Of a stretch of 64,000 nt of DNA, positions 39,144-49,428 are shown one piece after another; within the stretch, counting starts at the first letter, position 1; the number at the start of each line of letters is the position of its first letter. A program made the translations under genes and the position numbers. Source of the DNA: Candidatus Bathyarchaeia archaeon (GTDB lineage Archaea > Thermoproteota > Bathyarchaeia > Bathyarchaeales > Bathycorpusculaceae); assembly GCA_050015395.1 (NCBI GenBank), contig JBEKBM010000008.1, forward strand, positions 1 through 64,000, given 5' to 3'. Below the pieces are notes generated by a model. That model saw only the letters and a list, made by a program, of their open reading frames with translations. It did no database searches and was not told where the DNA came from.

Positions 39144-39645
39144 TTTATGTCAGACAAGCCAGAGAGAATGTGTTCCCATTGCACCTCCCTCTGACTTGTT
39201 TATCTGACTGGGTAATTGCCAGAAAGATAGTTGCCACAACTTTCTATCAAAGCCGAAAGCAACTAGCAAATAAGCCTTCTAATGTACTCTGGAAAACTTG
39301 ACTACGTACATTCAAAAACTATACCTTAATGTATGTAGTATTAAAACTTCTCTAAGTTTATCTTACTTTCCAGTTTTAGCATAGTTGCCTATCAATCAAG
39401 CTTTTTGGATACACCATTAGATTAAATTGGCAAGCACATGAATAGAAAATCGTTTGGAAAAGATAAGTCAAAAGAAGAAGCGCCTGAATAAATCGCTGCT
39501 ACAGGTTTTGCACTATTTTAATTTGATATTTGAACGAACACTATTCAGGGATTGCTCTAATTTTGTTCTGAATTTGTTTTATTCGTTTTATAACCAGATT
39601 CAGGACACGTTATAAAATATAAACTTAGCAGGAGAGAAAGTAAAA

Positions 39646-39747
39646 ATGCAAATTGCTAAAAGTAAAACTGTAGCTTTTGCGATTGCTATGGTCTTAATGT
39701 TTTCAGTGGCAGCTTCAATGATGCTTGTACCAACTGCTGGTGTTTAA
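39646..39747 (+). pseudogene. Signal-peptide-only relic of a secreted protein
   Basis: MQIAKSKTVAFAIAMVLMFSVAASMMLVPTAGV then stop; TATA and AGGAG SD intact. Confidence 0.6.
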
Positions 39748-39781
39748 CGAAACACTACATGTTCTTTAGAAGAATTCAAAG

Positions 39782-40135
39782 ATGGATAAATCAAGTTCAA
39801 GATTGCGTTTAATTCAGTTTAAGGCAGGATTAAACAAGTGGCGAATAGTTTTTTTGGTTTTTGCGTTATCCTACGCCGTTTTGCTCGTGCTGAATCTTTC
39901 TAATGTGCCGATGCAATGGGGTGAGGTTGTCCAGCTGAATGGTGCATCATTTTTAAAATGGGGACTATATGGCCAGTTTGTTAATGGCGCATTCTATCCA
40001 CCACTTTTTGATTCCATCGCAATGATTTTCTTTAATTTATTTGGATTAAGCTTGGTTTCAGGTAGTCTAGTTTCAGTTGTTTTTTCTATTCTGATAATCA
40101 AAGCTCCAATTACCCGAATCTTACGAAATGGATAA
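39782..40135 (+). pseudogene. Truncated GT-C (ArnT/PMT-like) glycosyltransferase N-terminus
   Basis: QWGEV...FYPPLF...FGLSL parallels the N-terminus of the next gene, then stops. Confidence 0.6.
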
Positions 40136-41507
40136 AACGGGTATATACATGCTTGACAAGCATAGCATAAAAAAACTACTTAGTGAAAATTACCCCTTGT
40201 TAAGCATTCTACTTGGGATTGTGCTGATTTCTGCTTCAATAGGTCCTTACCAAAACGGGGATACGCAATGGGAATACGAAGCTGCAACTGGAGTAATCAA
40301 GTGGGGCATGCCTTATGTGTCAAGTTGGGGCAACATTATGAATCAGCCACCATTAGGCTTTTACATTGAAGCACTGTTCTTCAAAGCCTTCGGCTTATCA
40401 ATCGACACGGGTGTAGTCCTAGTAACTTTGTTTGGGCTTGGATGCGCTGTCTTGGTATACAAAATTGGCAAGGTTTTGTATAGTAAGACAACAGGATTGG
40501 TGGCAGCTGTGCTTTTTGGTTTGACACCATGGGAACTTATCCTTTCAAGAAGCTTCTTCATTGACGTGCAGTGCCTATTCTTGAGCCTGCTTTGTCTATT
40601 TATAGGAATCATTGCTATTCGCAAAGGTTCGTTTAAGCTTTTTATGGTGACAGGGGCTCTTTTTGCCGCTGCTTTTCTGACAAAGTTATTTGCCGTTTAT
40701 ATATTGATTCCACTGCTGTTGTTCTATGTTTATTATCGACCGAAGAAGCTAAGACAAACATTTAGCTGGTTTGGAGCGTTTTTTTTACCTGTGCTAATAT
40801 TTTCTTTTTTGTGGTATCAAGTAATTTCAGGGCAAGGGTTGCTTTCTGTTTTTTATCAGAGCGATCTCGTGAACCGTAATTCCAGCGGGGTTGTTCCTTC
40901 GTTCTTTTTTGTTTTCAATTTTCTTGTAAATTATGGGTTGGGCTGGTTTTTCATAGATGCAGCAATCTTATCTTTGCTCGTTTGCTTAATGTACAGAAAA
41001 TTTCGAAAGTTACTTGTTTTTGATTTGATTTGCTTGGCAACCATATTATCTGTTGTAAGCGTCAACACTTTTTTGGGGGCTGTTCTTAATCTTAATTCGC
41101 CTTATCTTAACGCTATTAAGTATGATTACCAGTCCTTGCCTTTCTTTAGTTTGTTAGCAGCGTCATTGGTGAGCAAAGCCCTTTCACTGTTTAATTCTTT
41201 AAAATCAAGGGGAAAACTAAAGAAGCTGCTCTTCTTTTTTGTCGCTTTGGGCGGGCTGGGCTTAGTGACGGCGTCAATATTTTACAACATGTATTATGTG
41301 CATCAATTTTCACCCTCAGATTTTTTGCTGTTCAGAGTGGCGATGGGCAAAAATGTGGGTTATTCTCTTTTTAACCCCAATCCAATTGGCAAATATAGCC
41401 TTCTAATGGGTATTCAATATTTGGGATTCGCAATTGTGCTGTCAGGACTTATGTGGGCAAGTAGACATGAACTTGTCGGGCTGCTAAAGTTTAGGAAGAA
41501 TAATTGA
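40128..41507 (+). CDS. ArnT/PMT_2 family membrane glycosyltransferase
   Basis: QPPLGFY, SRSFFID, AFLTK; multi-TM. Confidence 0.85.
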   Translation: MDKTGIYMLDKHSIKKLLSENYPLLSILLGIVLISASIGPYQNGDTQWEYEAATGVIKWGMPYVSSWGNIMNQPPLGFYIEALFFKAFGLSIDTGVVLVTLFGLGCAVLVYKIGKVLYSKTTGLVAAVLFGLTPWELILSRSFFIDVQCLFLSLLCLFIGIIAIRKGSFKLFMVTGALFAAAFLTKLFAVYILIPLLLFYVYYRPKKLRQTFSWFGAFFLPVLIFSFLWYQVISGQGLLSVFYQSDLVNRNSSGVVPSFFFVFNFLVNYGLGWFFIDAAILSLLVCLMYRKFRKLLVFDLICLATILSVVSVNTFLGAVLNLNSPYLNAIKYDYQSLPFFSLLAASLVSKALSLFNSLKSRGKLKKLLFFFVALGGLGLVTASIFYNMYYVHQFSPSDFLLFRVAMGKNVGYSLFNPNPIGKYSLLMGIQYLGFAIVLSGLMWASRHELVGLLKFRKNN

Positions 41508-41827
41508 TTAGTCTTTTCATAATTAACGATTGCATAATAATTATTACTATATTTCTTGGGCTCTGAAATTTGCAGCTCCAAAACTCAACTCCAAATTGAC
41601 TAATAAAGAAATTAGCCCAAAATCAACAGCGGACAACAGCCCTAAGAAGGAAGCAATCTTCCATTAAATAGGGGGGCTATAAACAAAAAAGAGCCTATAG
41701 CTCAAAGCCTTGGGCAACATTATTTTCTTTATCTTTAAGGATGAAAGCTTAAGTATTGAGGGTAAAAGCATATATCTGTTGACCTGTCCTTGTTATTTTT
41801 CAACTTTAAGGCGAACTAGGCGGAAAT

Positions 41828-42733
41828 ATGGCGTTAGCGGATAAAATCCTAAAGCTCAAGAAAGAAAAGAAAGCTGTGATATTAGCTCATAATTACCAAA
41901 GACCAGAAATCCAGAACATAGCTGACTACGTCGGCGACAGCATTGAACTGAGCCGCAAAGCGGTTGAGGAAAAAGATGCTGAAATGATTGTTTTCTCAGC
42001 TGTAGATTTCATGGCTGAATCAGCAGCGATTCTCAATCCAGAAAAGAAAGTTCTTTTGCCCTGTTTAGGCGCACGTTGTCCAATGGCGCAGATGCTTACG
42101 GTTGATGAGATAAAACGTGCTAAAGCCCAATACCCAAAGGCTCCAGTAGTGCTGTACGTGAACACTTTGGCTGTGTGCAAAGCCAACTGCGACGTTTGCT
42201 GCACCAGCGCCAATGCTGTGGAAGTCATAAAATCTCTCGACGCAGACACGATTCTGTTTGGTCCAGACCGTAATCTAGCCGAGTACGTTTCTGAGAAAAC
42301 GGGTAAAACGTTGATTCCGATTCCTGAATGGGGATTTTGCCCAACGCACCTGCTTTTCCAGCCTGAAGATGTAATGGTCCTAAAGATGCAGCATCCAGAC
42401 GCGACTGTTATGGTTCATCCTGAATGTAGCTCTGAAATGCGCAAAGTAGCTGATTACGTTGGCAGCACCTCAAAGATGTGCCGTTACGCAAAAGAATCCA
42501 GCGCCAAAGACTTCATAGTTGGAACTGAAGAAGGTATTCTGCACCGCCTGCGGAAAGAGAACCCTGAGAAAAACTTTTACTTGGCGTATGAAGATGCAAT
42601 ATGCCCAAACATGAAGTTGACAACGCTTGATCGCCTGTATATTGCGTTGAAAGAGGAGAAGAATGTGGTTAAGGTTCCGGAGGCAGTTGCGAAGAAGGCT
42701 CGTGCTTCACTTGAGAGGATGTTTGAGGTTTAA
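41828..42733 (+). CDS. nadA: Quinolinate synthase
   Basis: ILAHNYQ, FMAES, YVNT, CTSAN, HPEC, CPNMK. Confidence 0.97.
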   Translation: MALADKILKLKKEKKAVILAHNYQRPEIQNIADYVGDSIELSRKAVEEKDAEMIVFSAVDFMAESAAILNPEKKVLLPCLGARCPMAQMLTVDEIKRAKAQYPKAPVVLYVNTLAVCKANCDVCCTSANAVEVIKSLDADTILFGPDRNLAEYVSEKTGKTLIPIPEWGFCPTHLLFQPEDVMVLKMQHPDATVMVHPECSSEMRKVADYVGSTSKMCRYAKESSAKDFIVGTEEGILHRLRKENPEKNFYLAYEDAICPNMKLTTLDRLYIALKEEKNVVKVPEAVAKKARASLERMFEV

Positions 42734-43137
42734 ACGGTTACTATTGTTGTTTTGAGGATTTTTACTCCTCTTCTTGTTGTTAATTCGTCGCTTAGTTCGC
42801 GTAGTTCTGAGGCTTTACCTTTAACTGCTATGGCTTCTAAGCAGTCTCGTTGGCTAATGTGAATATGCATGGTTGCTGTAATCAGTGAGGAGTGTTCATG
42901 CTGCGTTTCGGTTAGTTCACTTTCAAGTCCTTTCACATCATGGTCATAAACCATCAGCAAAATGCCTGTTTGGATCGTATCTTCTTCTTTGAGCCATTTT
43001 CGCTCGGAAACGTACAGTCTTACAGCGTCTTGTATGGCTTTGCTGCGGCTTTCGTAGCCCATTTTGCTTATGATTTCGTCGAACTCTTTGAGGAGTTCAG
43101 GTGGGAACGTTACGCCTATGCGGGTGACTTTTGACAT
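42730..43137 (-). CDS. nikR: Nickel-responsive regulator
   Basis: N-terminal RHH (RIGVTF...SRSKAI), QHEH, HIHI...CLE. Confidence 0.95.
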   Translation of the reverse strand: MSKVTRIGVTFPPELLKEFDEIISKMGYESRSKAIQDAVRLYVSERKWLKEEDTIQTGILLMVYDHDVKGLESELTETQHEHSSLITATMHIHISQRDCLEAIAVKGKASELRELSDELTTRRGVKILKTTIVTV

Positions 43138-43189
43138 GGACATCGCTGATGAATGTGGGTGTTTTGTACCTAAAAGCTTTTATACGTTT

Positions 43190-43219
43190 AGTAACACCAT
43201 TTCGAAGAAAAGTGTTACT
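43190..43219 (+). promoter_or_regulatory. Probable NikR operator
   Basis: Perfect palindrome AGTAACAC-N14-GTGTTACT just 3' of the TTTTATAC TATA box of the NiCoT gene. Confidence 0.8.
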
Positions 43220-43229
43220 GAAGGACTTT

Positions 43230-44315
43230 GTGAAATTGACGGAAAAAAACTCTGAGTTCGGGCTGTCAAGCAACGAGAAAATCAAGGTAGCTATAATTTT
43301 CGCCACTATTCTAACCGTTACCGTGTTTGGTTTTATTGCATCATTTGTTATTGGAGAAATCGCCGTGGTTCTTGCAGGTCTCGGACTAATATGTTACGTT
43401 CTTGGGTTGCGTCACGGTGTTGACGTTGACCACATAGCAGCTATCGATAATACGACGAGAAAATTGATTCAGCAGGGGAAGCGTCCCTCTACGGTTGGAT
43501 TGTGGTTTTCTCTTGGGCATTCCACGATAGTCGTTGGTCTTATAGTGGGTCTAGTCTTGGCGACGCGGGCTGTTGCAGCTAATATTCCTGCTCTTGAAAG
43601 TTCAGGTGCAATAGTCGGAACCCTAGTATCGGGTGGTTTTCTTTGGATTATAGGCTTAATTAACGCTGTCATCGTGCTTGGAATCTACCGAGTCTTCCAG
43701 GGTTTAAAGCAAGGTAAGTTAAATCAGGATGAGCTCGACAATCTGCTTGACAAACGTGGTTTCATGAATAGGTTTTTCCATCCGCTCTTCAAAATCGTAA
43801 GTGAACCTTGGCAGATCTATCCAATTGGTGTACTTTTTGGCTTAGGATTTGATACCGCGACCGAAGTTGCCCTCATCGCTATAAGCATAGGAGTAGGCGT
43901 TTCCACACATATTCCTCTGTATTATATTCTGATTCTTCCGTTAATGTTTACGTGCGGCATGGTCCTGGTAGATACTTCAGATGGTGTTACGATGAGGGTA
44001 GCTTACGGTTGGGCTTTCTATAACCCCATACGGAAGATATACTATAATTTGACAATCACGGTCATGTCGGTGCTTGTTGCGTGGGTGATAGGTACAGTGG
44101 AGCTTTTGCAGGTGCTTTCAACTGAATTGAACCTTAGCGGGTGGTTTTGGGGCTGGCTCAACGGACTGGATTTTGAATCGATAGGTTTCGGAATAGTTCT
44201 CATCTTCGTTCTGTCTTGGCTGGTTGCCTACGGGTACTGGCGGTACAAGCGATATGATAAGCAGTTCCCGCTCAACCAGTCAGGGCAATATTCAATAAAC
44301 TCCGACACCAGATAG
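43230..44315 (+). CDS. HoxN/NixA (NiCoT) nickel/cobalt permease
   Basis: GLRHGVDVDHIAAIDN, FSLGHS, LFGLGFDTATE; GTG start at 43230 inferred. Confidence 0.95.
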   Translation: MKLTEKNSEFGLSSNEKIKVAIIFATILTVTVFGFIASFVIGEIAVVLAGLGLICYVLGLRHGVDVDHIAAIDNTTRKLIQQGKRPSTVGLWFSLGHSTIVVGLIVGLVLATRAVAANIPALESSGAIVGTLVSGGFLWIIGLINAVIVLGIYRVFQGLKQGKLNQDELDNLLDKRGFMNRFFHPLFKIVSEPWQIYPIGVLFGLGFDTATEVALIAISIGVGVSTHIPLYYILILPLMFTCGMVLVDTSDGVTMRVAYGWAFYNPIRKIYYNLTITVMSVLVAWVIGTVELLQVLSTELNLSGWFWGWLNGLDFESIGFGIVLIFVLSWLVAYGYWRYKRYDKQFPLNQSGQYSINSDTR

Positions 44316-44328
44316 ACAGCGAAGGAAA

Positions 44329-44766
44329 ATGCCTGAACCAAAAGAACTCGCAGCAACCATAGAATTCGCCCGAAAACTACACGGGCACGTAGGACCATAC
44401 TTGGTTATCGGCTTAAAGATGGGTGTTGTAGCCAAAAAAGCCCTAAACATTTCCGACACAGAATGCACGCATCTGACGGCAGAAGCTGCTGTGCCGTTGC
44501 ATCCGCCGTTTTCCTGCTTGCTAGACGGCATACAGGTTTCCACAACCTGCACAATCGGCAACCAAAGACTCAAAATCAAAAACTCAAAAACCATTCAGGC
44601 AACCTTTAGAAGCCAAAAAGACGCAAAGACAGTGAAAATAACACTTACCAAACACTTCAGTGAACAACTAGAACAAAAGCAAAAACAAGACAAGCTAGAC
44701 GAAGCGTTCGCTTGGGAACTCGCCGAATTACCTGAGAATCAACTATTCAACATTACCCTTGAGTAG
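44329..44766 (+). CDS. FmdE-family metal-binding protein
   Basis: LHGHVGP...CLLDGIQVSTTCTIGN. Confidence 0.88.
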   Translation: MPEPKELAATIEFARKLHGHVGPYLVIGLKMGVVAKKALNISDTECTHLTAEAAVPLHPPFSCLLDGIQVSTTCTIGNQRLKIKNSKTIQATFRSQKDAKTVKITLTKHFSEQLEQKQKQDKLDEAFAWELAELPENQLFNITLE

Positions 44767-44818
44767 TTTAGAGCCAATAGTGTTTTTAGCAGCCCAGCGT
44801 TGAAATTAGTGAACAATC

Positions 44819-45253
44819 ATGCAAGACCTCGAAATAGCCAAAAAAAAAACAGCTCTATGATAAGCAGCTAACGCTTGCCATAGCTAAAAACGGCCAAATG
44901 CTGTTCCAAACCGACTCTCACAGAATTTCTGGTTTTATAGGTGCAATAGACAAATTGGGCGCCCAGCTAAATGGTGCTTCAGTTGCGGATCGAGTTGCTT
45001 GCAAAGCATTAGGTTGCTGTGCGTTTACGCTGGGATACGTGAGGTTTACGCGGTAGTTTTAAGCAAAAAAGCTAAAGCAGTGTTTGAAGAGAACAAGGTA
45101 GCCGTTGAGTGGAAGCAGTTAGTGGATAATGTTCTTGACTTAAACAAGACGGGCGTGTGCCCCTTCGAGAAAGTTGCCGCTGGCATATCCGACTCCAAGG
45201 ATTCTTATGGTGCATTCAAGGCTTTGCTGGAGAAGATGAAGCCCTGCAAATAA
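44819..45253 (+). pseudogene. DUF1893 family gene with two frameshifts
   Basis: MQDLEIAK | A10 run (44840-44849) | QLYDKQLTLAI...VADRVA.KAL | LLCVYAG...CPFE lie in different frames. Confidence 0.75.
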
Positions 45254-45329
45254 AACGGAAGTTGGTCGCGAACGGTTTATATCAAGCAAATCCTAAAATA
45301 GTAAATTAGAAAAGAGGAGAAAAGAACAA

Positions 45330-45656
45330 ATGAGCACTGAACCTTTTCACGTAACAGACTCCAATTTTGAGGAAACAATCAAGAAAAACAAGATAGTTTT
45401 CGTTGATTTCTGGGCTAATTGGTGTGGACCATGCCGAGCTTTAGCTCCAACGGTAGTGGAATTAGCGAAAGAGTACAGTGGGAAAGCCTTAATTGGCAAA
45501 CTTGACGTTGACGAGAACCCTGCTACGGCTGAGCGCTTCCAAGTTTTCAGCATACCAACCATGATAATTTTCAAAAACGGTTCTGAAGCTGAAAGACTTG
45601 TGGGCTTATGCCCAAAAAACAGGATAACTGACACTCTAAACAAACATTCAGAGTAG
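45330..45656 (+). CDS. trxA: Thioredoxin
   Basis: DFWANWCGPC, SIPT. Confidence 0.97.
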   Translation: MSTEPFHVTDSNFEETIKKNKIVFVDFWANWCGPCRALAPTVVELAKEYSGKALIGKLDVDENPATAERFQVFSIPTMIIFKNGSEAERLVGLCPKNRITDTLNKHSE

Positions 45657-45658
45657 CC

Positions 45659-46300
45659 TTAGGCACTTTTCATTTTTTCATACATTTTCTCGAAAGTCCA
45701 GCGGATGCTCGACTTAAGCTCCTTGAGCCGTTCATCATCCACATTTCTAATTATTATTTCTCTTATCAAGTCTCCCTCACGGACAATGTTGTAAGAGAAC
45801 ATTTTATCCGCTGTTAACTGCTTTGTCCTGACTAGCTCACTATCTTTCTCTTGCATTTTAGCGAAGATTTTTTCAACAAGAAAATTACTGAAAGGCGGCG
45901 TGTTAACACTGAAGTTTTTGCTTTCATCAGGCAACACATGCATACCCTGTTTATCAAAAATAATCAGCGCCAACGGCTCATCAGTCATAGTTTTCAATGG
46001 TATAACGGTTTCCTGTTCAGGCATACGCTGGGCGACAGGCTTTGAAGTGTCAGACGTATATTGAACAACAACCTTTGGGGGTTCAGGCTCTTGTTTTGGC
46101 AAAACAACCTCTTTAGGCGCAGGAGCCTCAGGCGCTTCTTTAATGTCTCCACGCCTGAAGCCCTTATCAAGCAAGATACCATTAACCGTATCCAAGGCAG
46201 CTTGAACCTCTTTAGATTCAGCAGTTAATTTTTCCAGTTGCTCTTCCATTCGCTTTTTGAATGCGATGAGTGATTTCATTTTTTCCTGGTCTTGAGCCAA
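45659..46300 (-). CDS. Hypothetical protein (coiled coil, Pro-rich linker, globular C-terminal domain)
   Basis: 213-aa ORF downstream of the ligase. Confidence 0.8.
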   Translation of the reverse strand: MAQDQEKMKSLIAFKKRMEEQLEKLTAESKEVQAALDTVNGILLDKGFRRGDIKEAPEAPAPKEVVLPKQEPEPPKVVVQYTSDTSKPVAQRMPEQETVIPLKTMTDEPLALIIFDKQGMHVLPDESKNFSVNTPPFSNFLVEKIFAKMQEKDSELVRTKQLTADKMFSYNIVREGDLIREIIIRNVDDERLKELKSSIRWTFEKMYEKMKSA

Positions 46301-46356
46301 CGTAATTCACGCACGCTGAGTATTTTAGCGGTTGATGCTTATCAGTTTTAGCTTTT

Positions 46357-48129
46357 CTATGCCTGCGGAGACTCGCTAATTTTCTTCAGTTGGGCACGAT
46401 ACATCTCCACTATCTCTTTTGAAGTAGTCGCGTCTTCTGGGCTTTTGTCGGTTCGGTATTTACCTGTGAAACGTGGAAAACGAATCGCTAAACCACTTCC
46501 CTTGCGTATTGAATCCATAGCGCATGTGTGAATGGGGCTTAAAGTGATTTCAGCACCTAAAATCTCAAGCACCAAGCTGGGTTCAAACCAAACGTCCGCC
46601 TCCAACATCGACTGGACACGCGAATTCTTGCGGGGAATCACATGCTTCTGAAGCGTTTCATGAAGCGTTGCAAGGTCTTTGTCTGTGAAGCCTGTGCCGC
46701 ATTTGGTGACGGTTTCAAAAGTGTCCCCTTCATCGTTATAGGTGGCTAAAAGCAAAGCACCGTACCTTCCCGCCCGTTTTCCTCTTCCATGAAAAGCGCC
46801 CACCACCACTAGGTCCACGGTGTCAGTCATCTCGCTTTTGTAGTCACGCTTGTATTTTATCCAAAGCCACCCTCGGCTTCCCGCTTGGTAAACTGAGTCT
46901 TTGGCGACGGATTTGCACATTAAGCCTTCGCAGCCTTCCGCTATTGCTTCCTCAAAGAAGTCTTCAAGCGCCTTTGGATTGTTGACAAGTTTTTGAATGG
47001 CTGGTGTTACGCGGTCAGTTTTTTTAACTATTTTTTCAAGCTCTTTGCGTCTGTGGGGAAGAGGTTCAAGGGTTAAGTCTTTGCCGTCAACATAGAGTAA
47101 GTCAAAGGGGAAAAGCGAAATAGGATACTGCTCTATGGCTGCTTCCACGCCATACTTGCGTCTCCGATGCATTAACTCTTGAAATGGGCGCATATCGCCT
47201 GTTTCTAAATCCATCGCCACACATTCAGCTTCCAAAATCACTTCTTTTGCAGCAATTTTTTCCTTGATTAATTCAACCGCGTCAGGATACTGGCTAGAAA
47301 TGTTCTCTAAACGCCTAGAAAACAGCACAACTTTGCCGTCTTTCTTGTGTGCCTGCACCCGTTCCCCATCATACTTGTATTCGGCTACGCATTTGCCGCC
47401 GAACTTCTCTAAAATCTCTTCAGGCGAAGCCAACCGCTCTGCCAGCATGGGCCTTATGGGTTCAAAAACCACAACTTGAAACTCTTTAATTCCATCCAAA
47501 CCCTTTTCTACAACTACGTTTGCAACTCTGCCAAGGTCAGAAGAAATGCTATAAGCGCGCTCAACGAGTTCTCGGGCTTCCTTTCCGCCGCCGTACGCTA
47601 TTGCTAACGCGTCAAGAACCGTCATGTCCGCAATGCCTAGCCGCAGGTTGCTTGTTACGGTGCGAATTATCCATTTTGCTTCTTTAGGCGAGGCATCAGT
47701 TAAAAGACTGGAGAGAAGCGCCATTTTGGTGTCTACAGCGCCAGAGCCGGAGGTTTTGGCCATTTTATCAAGCGTCTCATAGACGTGCTCAACCGTAAGC
47801 GTTCTAGTAAAGAAGGTGGATTGTTTCCGTTTAACCAAAAGTTTCTCTGCCGTTTCGCCGATGTCCCCGCTTTTTTGCAGTTCAGGTAGAATTACACTTT
47901 CGCTTTGTCCAGACGCTCGGGCTAGCGCTTTTATTGCTAGTTTTTCGGCAATGCCCATCTCAACGCCCATGAAGTCTGGGTACAATTTGCCCTGCGTTAA
48001 ATAAACAACCCTTGCTATGACGTCTTTGGGCGTTTTTTTTAACAAGTCAACTAGTAAATCTGTCATTTCTAGGCGTTTTGTGGTTGCTTCAATTTTTTCG
48101 TAGGAGTCAGCGATTACGGCGTAATCCAT
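46357..48129 (-). CDS. lig: ATP-dependent DNA ligase
   Basis: EYKYDGER, EGLMCK, WIKYKRDY, RFPRF. Confidence 0.98.
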   Translation of the reverse strand: MDYAVIADSYEKIEATTKRLEMTDLLVDLLKKTPKDVIARVVYLTQGKLYPDFMGVEMGIAEKLAIKALARASGQSESVILPELQKSGDIGETAEKLLVKRKQSTFFTRTLTVEHVYETLDKMAKTSGSGAVDTKMALLSSLLTDASPKEAKWIIRTVTSNLRLGIADMTVLDALAIAYGGGKEARELVERAYSISSDLGRVANVVVEKGLDGIKEFQVVVFEPIRPMLAERLASPEEILEKFGGKCVAEYKYDGERVQAHKKDGKVVLFSRRLENISSQYPDAVELIKEKIAAKEVILEAECVAMDLETGDMRPFQELMHRRRKYGVEAAIEQYPISLFPFDLLYVDGKDLTLEPLPHRRKELEKIVKKTDRVTPAIQKLVNNPKALEDFFEEAIAEGCEGLMCKSVAKDSVYQAGSRGWLWIKYKRDYKSEMTDTVDLVVVGAFHGRGKRAGRYGALLLATYNDEGDTFETVTKCGTGFTDKDLATLHETLQKHVIPRKNSRVQSMLEADVWFEPSLVLEILGAEITLSPIHTCAMDSIRKGSGLAIRFPRFTGKYRTDKSPEDATTSKEIVEMYRAQLKKISESPQA

Positions 48130-48359
48130 ATTTTTCGCTCAAAAGAATACTGATTGCAGCACTTATTAAAATTATATTGATGTTTTTTCTTTTTTAGTTG
48201 TCTTGCGGCGAATTCGCCTCTTGGAGACTTGGAACCCAGACTTTAGATATTCCTTCTTTTTGCACATCCATAGTCAATATACCAATATATAAACAAAACG
48301 AACGCATCGCAAATTTTTGAAGCATTTACCAGATAAAGGGAGAAGATGCTAACTATAAT

Positions 48360-48833
48360 TTATTCTGAAGAAGCTAAAGCTCCCAGAAGAATTATCCCGA
48401 GCCCTAGGAGTAATAAACCGCCAATAGAATCTCTCTTTTCTTTCTCAATTTTAAGCTGATTAAGGTATTGCGCAGTACGTTCGTAACTAAGCCTAGGATT
48501 ATCTCTGTCGAATACGATAAATGCCTTTTGGGCTAAAAATTGAGGTATGTTGGAGCCCTTTTCAACAAACGGAAGCACTATTTTATTTAGTGCCACAGCC
48601 ATGCCTAATTCATAGTTCACGTTCTCCAACCGAGAACCACCTTTTCCCATTATTGCCAATAGACAATCACTAGTCTGAATCTGGTTTCTTACAAATTGTT
48701 CATAGGGTAAGCTCATTGCCTCATTATTGGGAGACAATACTGATATAATGCCATATCGCTCAAGATTATTTTTCAATTCATTAGCAACTGTGCTGTCTAA
48801 AACACTCGAAGAGATAAAAACCTTAAAAGTCAT
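48360..48833 (-). CDS. TIR-domain protein with C-terminal TM helix
   Basis: VFISSS, NVNYELGMA; C-terminal IGGLLLLGLGIILLGALA. Confidence 0.85.
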   Translation of the reverse strand: MTFKVFISSSVLDSTVANELKNNLERYGIISVLSPNNEAMSLPYEQFVRNQIQTSDCLLAIMGKGGSRLENVNYELGMAVALNKIVLPFVEKGSNIPQFLAQKAFIVFDRDNPRLSYERTAQYLNQLKIEKEKRDSIGGLLLLGLGIILLGALASSE

Positions 48834-49423
48834 TTTTTAGCCTCGTATTTTTTTCCGAACTTTTCATTTAATTTCAAAGAAGCAACAACAGTAATTATAA
48901 TCGCTTGTGCGGATGAACTGAGCGACATTGCACTTAATTTTGAAAATACCTCTTGTACGGTTTCCATTGGATTCTGTTTAAGTTCAACATAGCGGGCAGT
49001 TTCAATAAGCCCTTTTATTCTTATGTTCCCCTTTCTCAATGGTATGACTGGTACGCCTTTACCAAGCGCATATCCTATTTCTTGATTAACCCAAGGGCTG
49101 GTTCTAGAATTCTGCGTAAATATAACAAGGAATAATTCACTATTATCAATGGCGTTCTTTACTTGATCAGGAAGAAAACTACCCAAAGGTGCATCCCTAT
49201 CGGCAAAGAAATTTTGGACGCGTAATGTTTCAAATATTTCGCAGAGGTCCTGCACGTACAACCCTGTGTCCTTTGTACTATGAGAAATAAAGAAAACGTA
49301 TTTCTTTATGCTACTCTTTTCCTCATTCACCAAGTTCATTGAGAGCCACTTAGTATATTGATATGCACTAAGTCTATTCAAAAGGCTATCGCTTGGTTTA
49401 TTACGCTTTTGATTTTCAGACAC
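48830..49423 (-). CDS. TIR-domain protein
   Basis: FFISHSTKD, SPWVNQEIGYA, VIPL. Confidence 0.9.
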   Translation of the reverse strand: MSENQKRNKPSDSLLNRLSAYQYTKWLSMNLVNEEKSSIKKYVFFISHSTKDTGLYVQDLCEIFETLRVQNFFADRDAPLGSFLPDQVKNAIDNSELFLVIFTQNSRTSPWVNQEIGYALGKGVPVIPLRKGNIRIKGLIETARYVELKQNPMETVQEVFSKLSAMSLSSSAQAIIITVVASLKLNEKFGKKYEAKK

Positions 49424-49428
49424 ACTTG

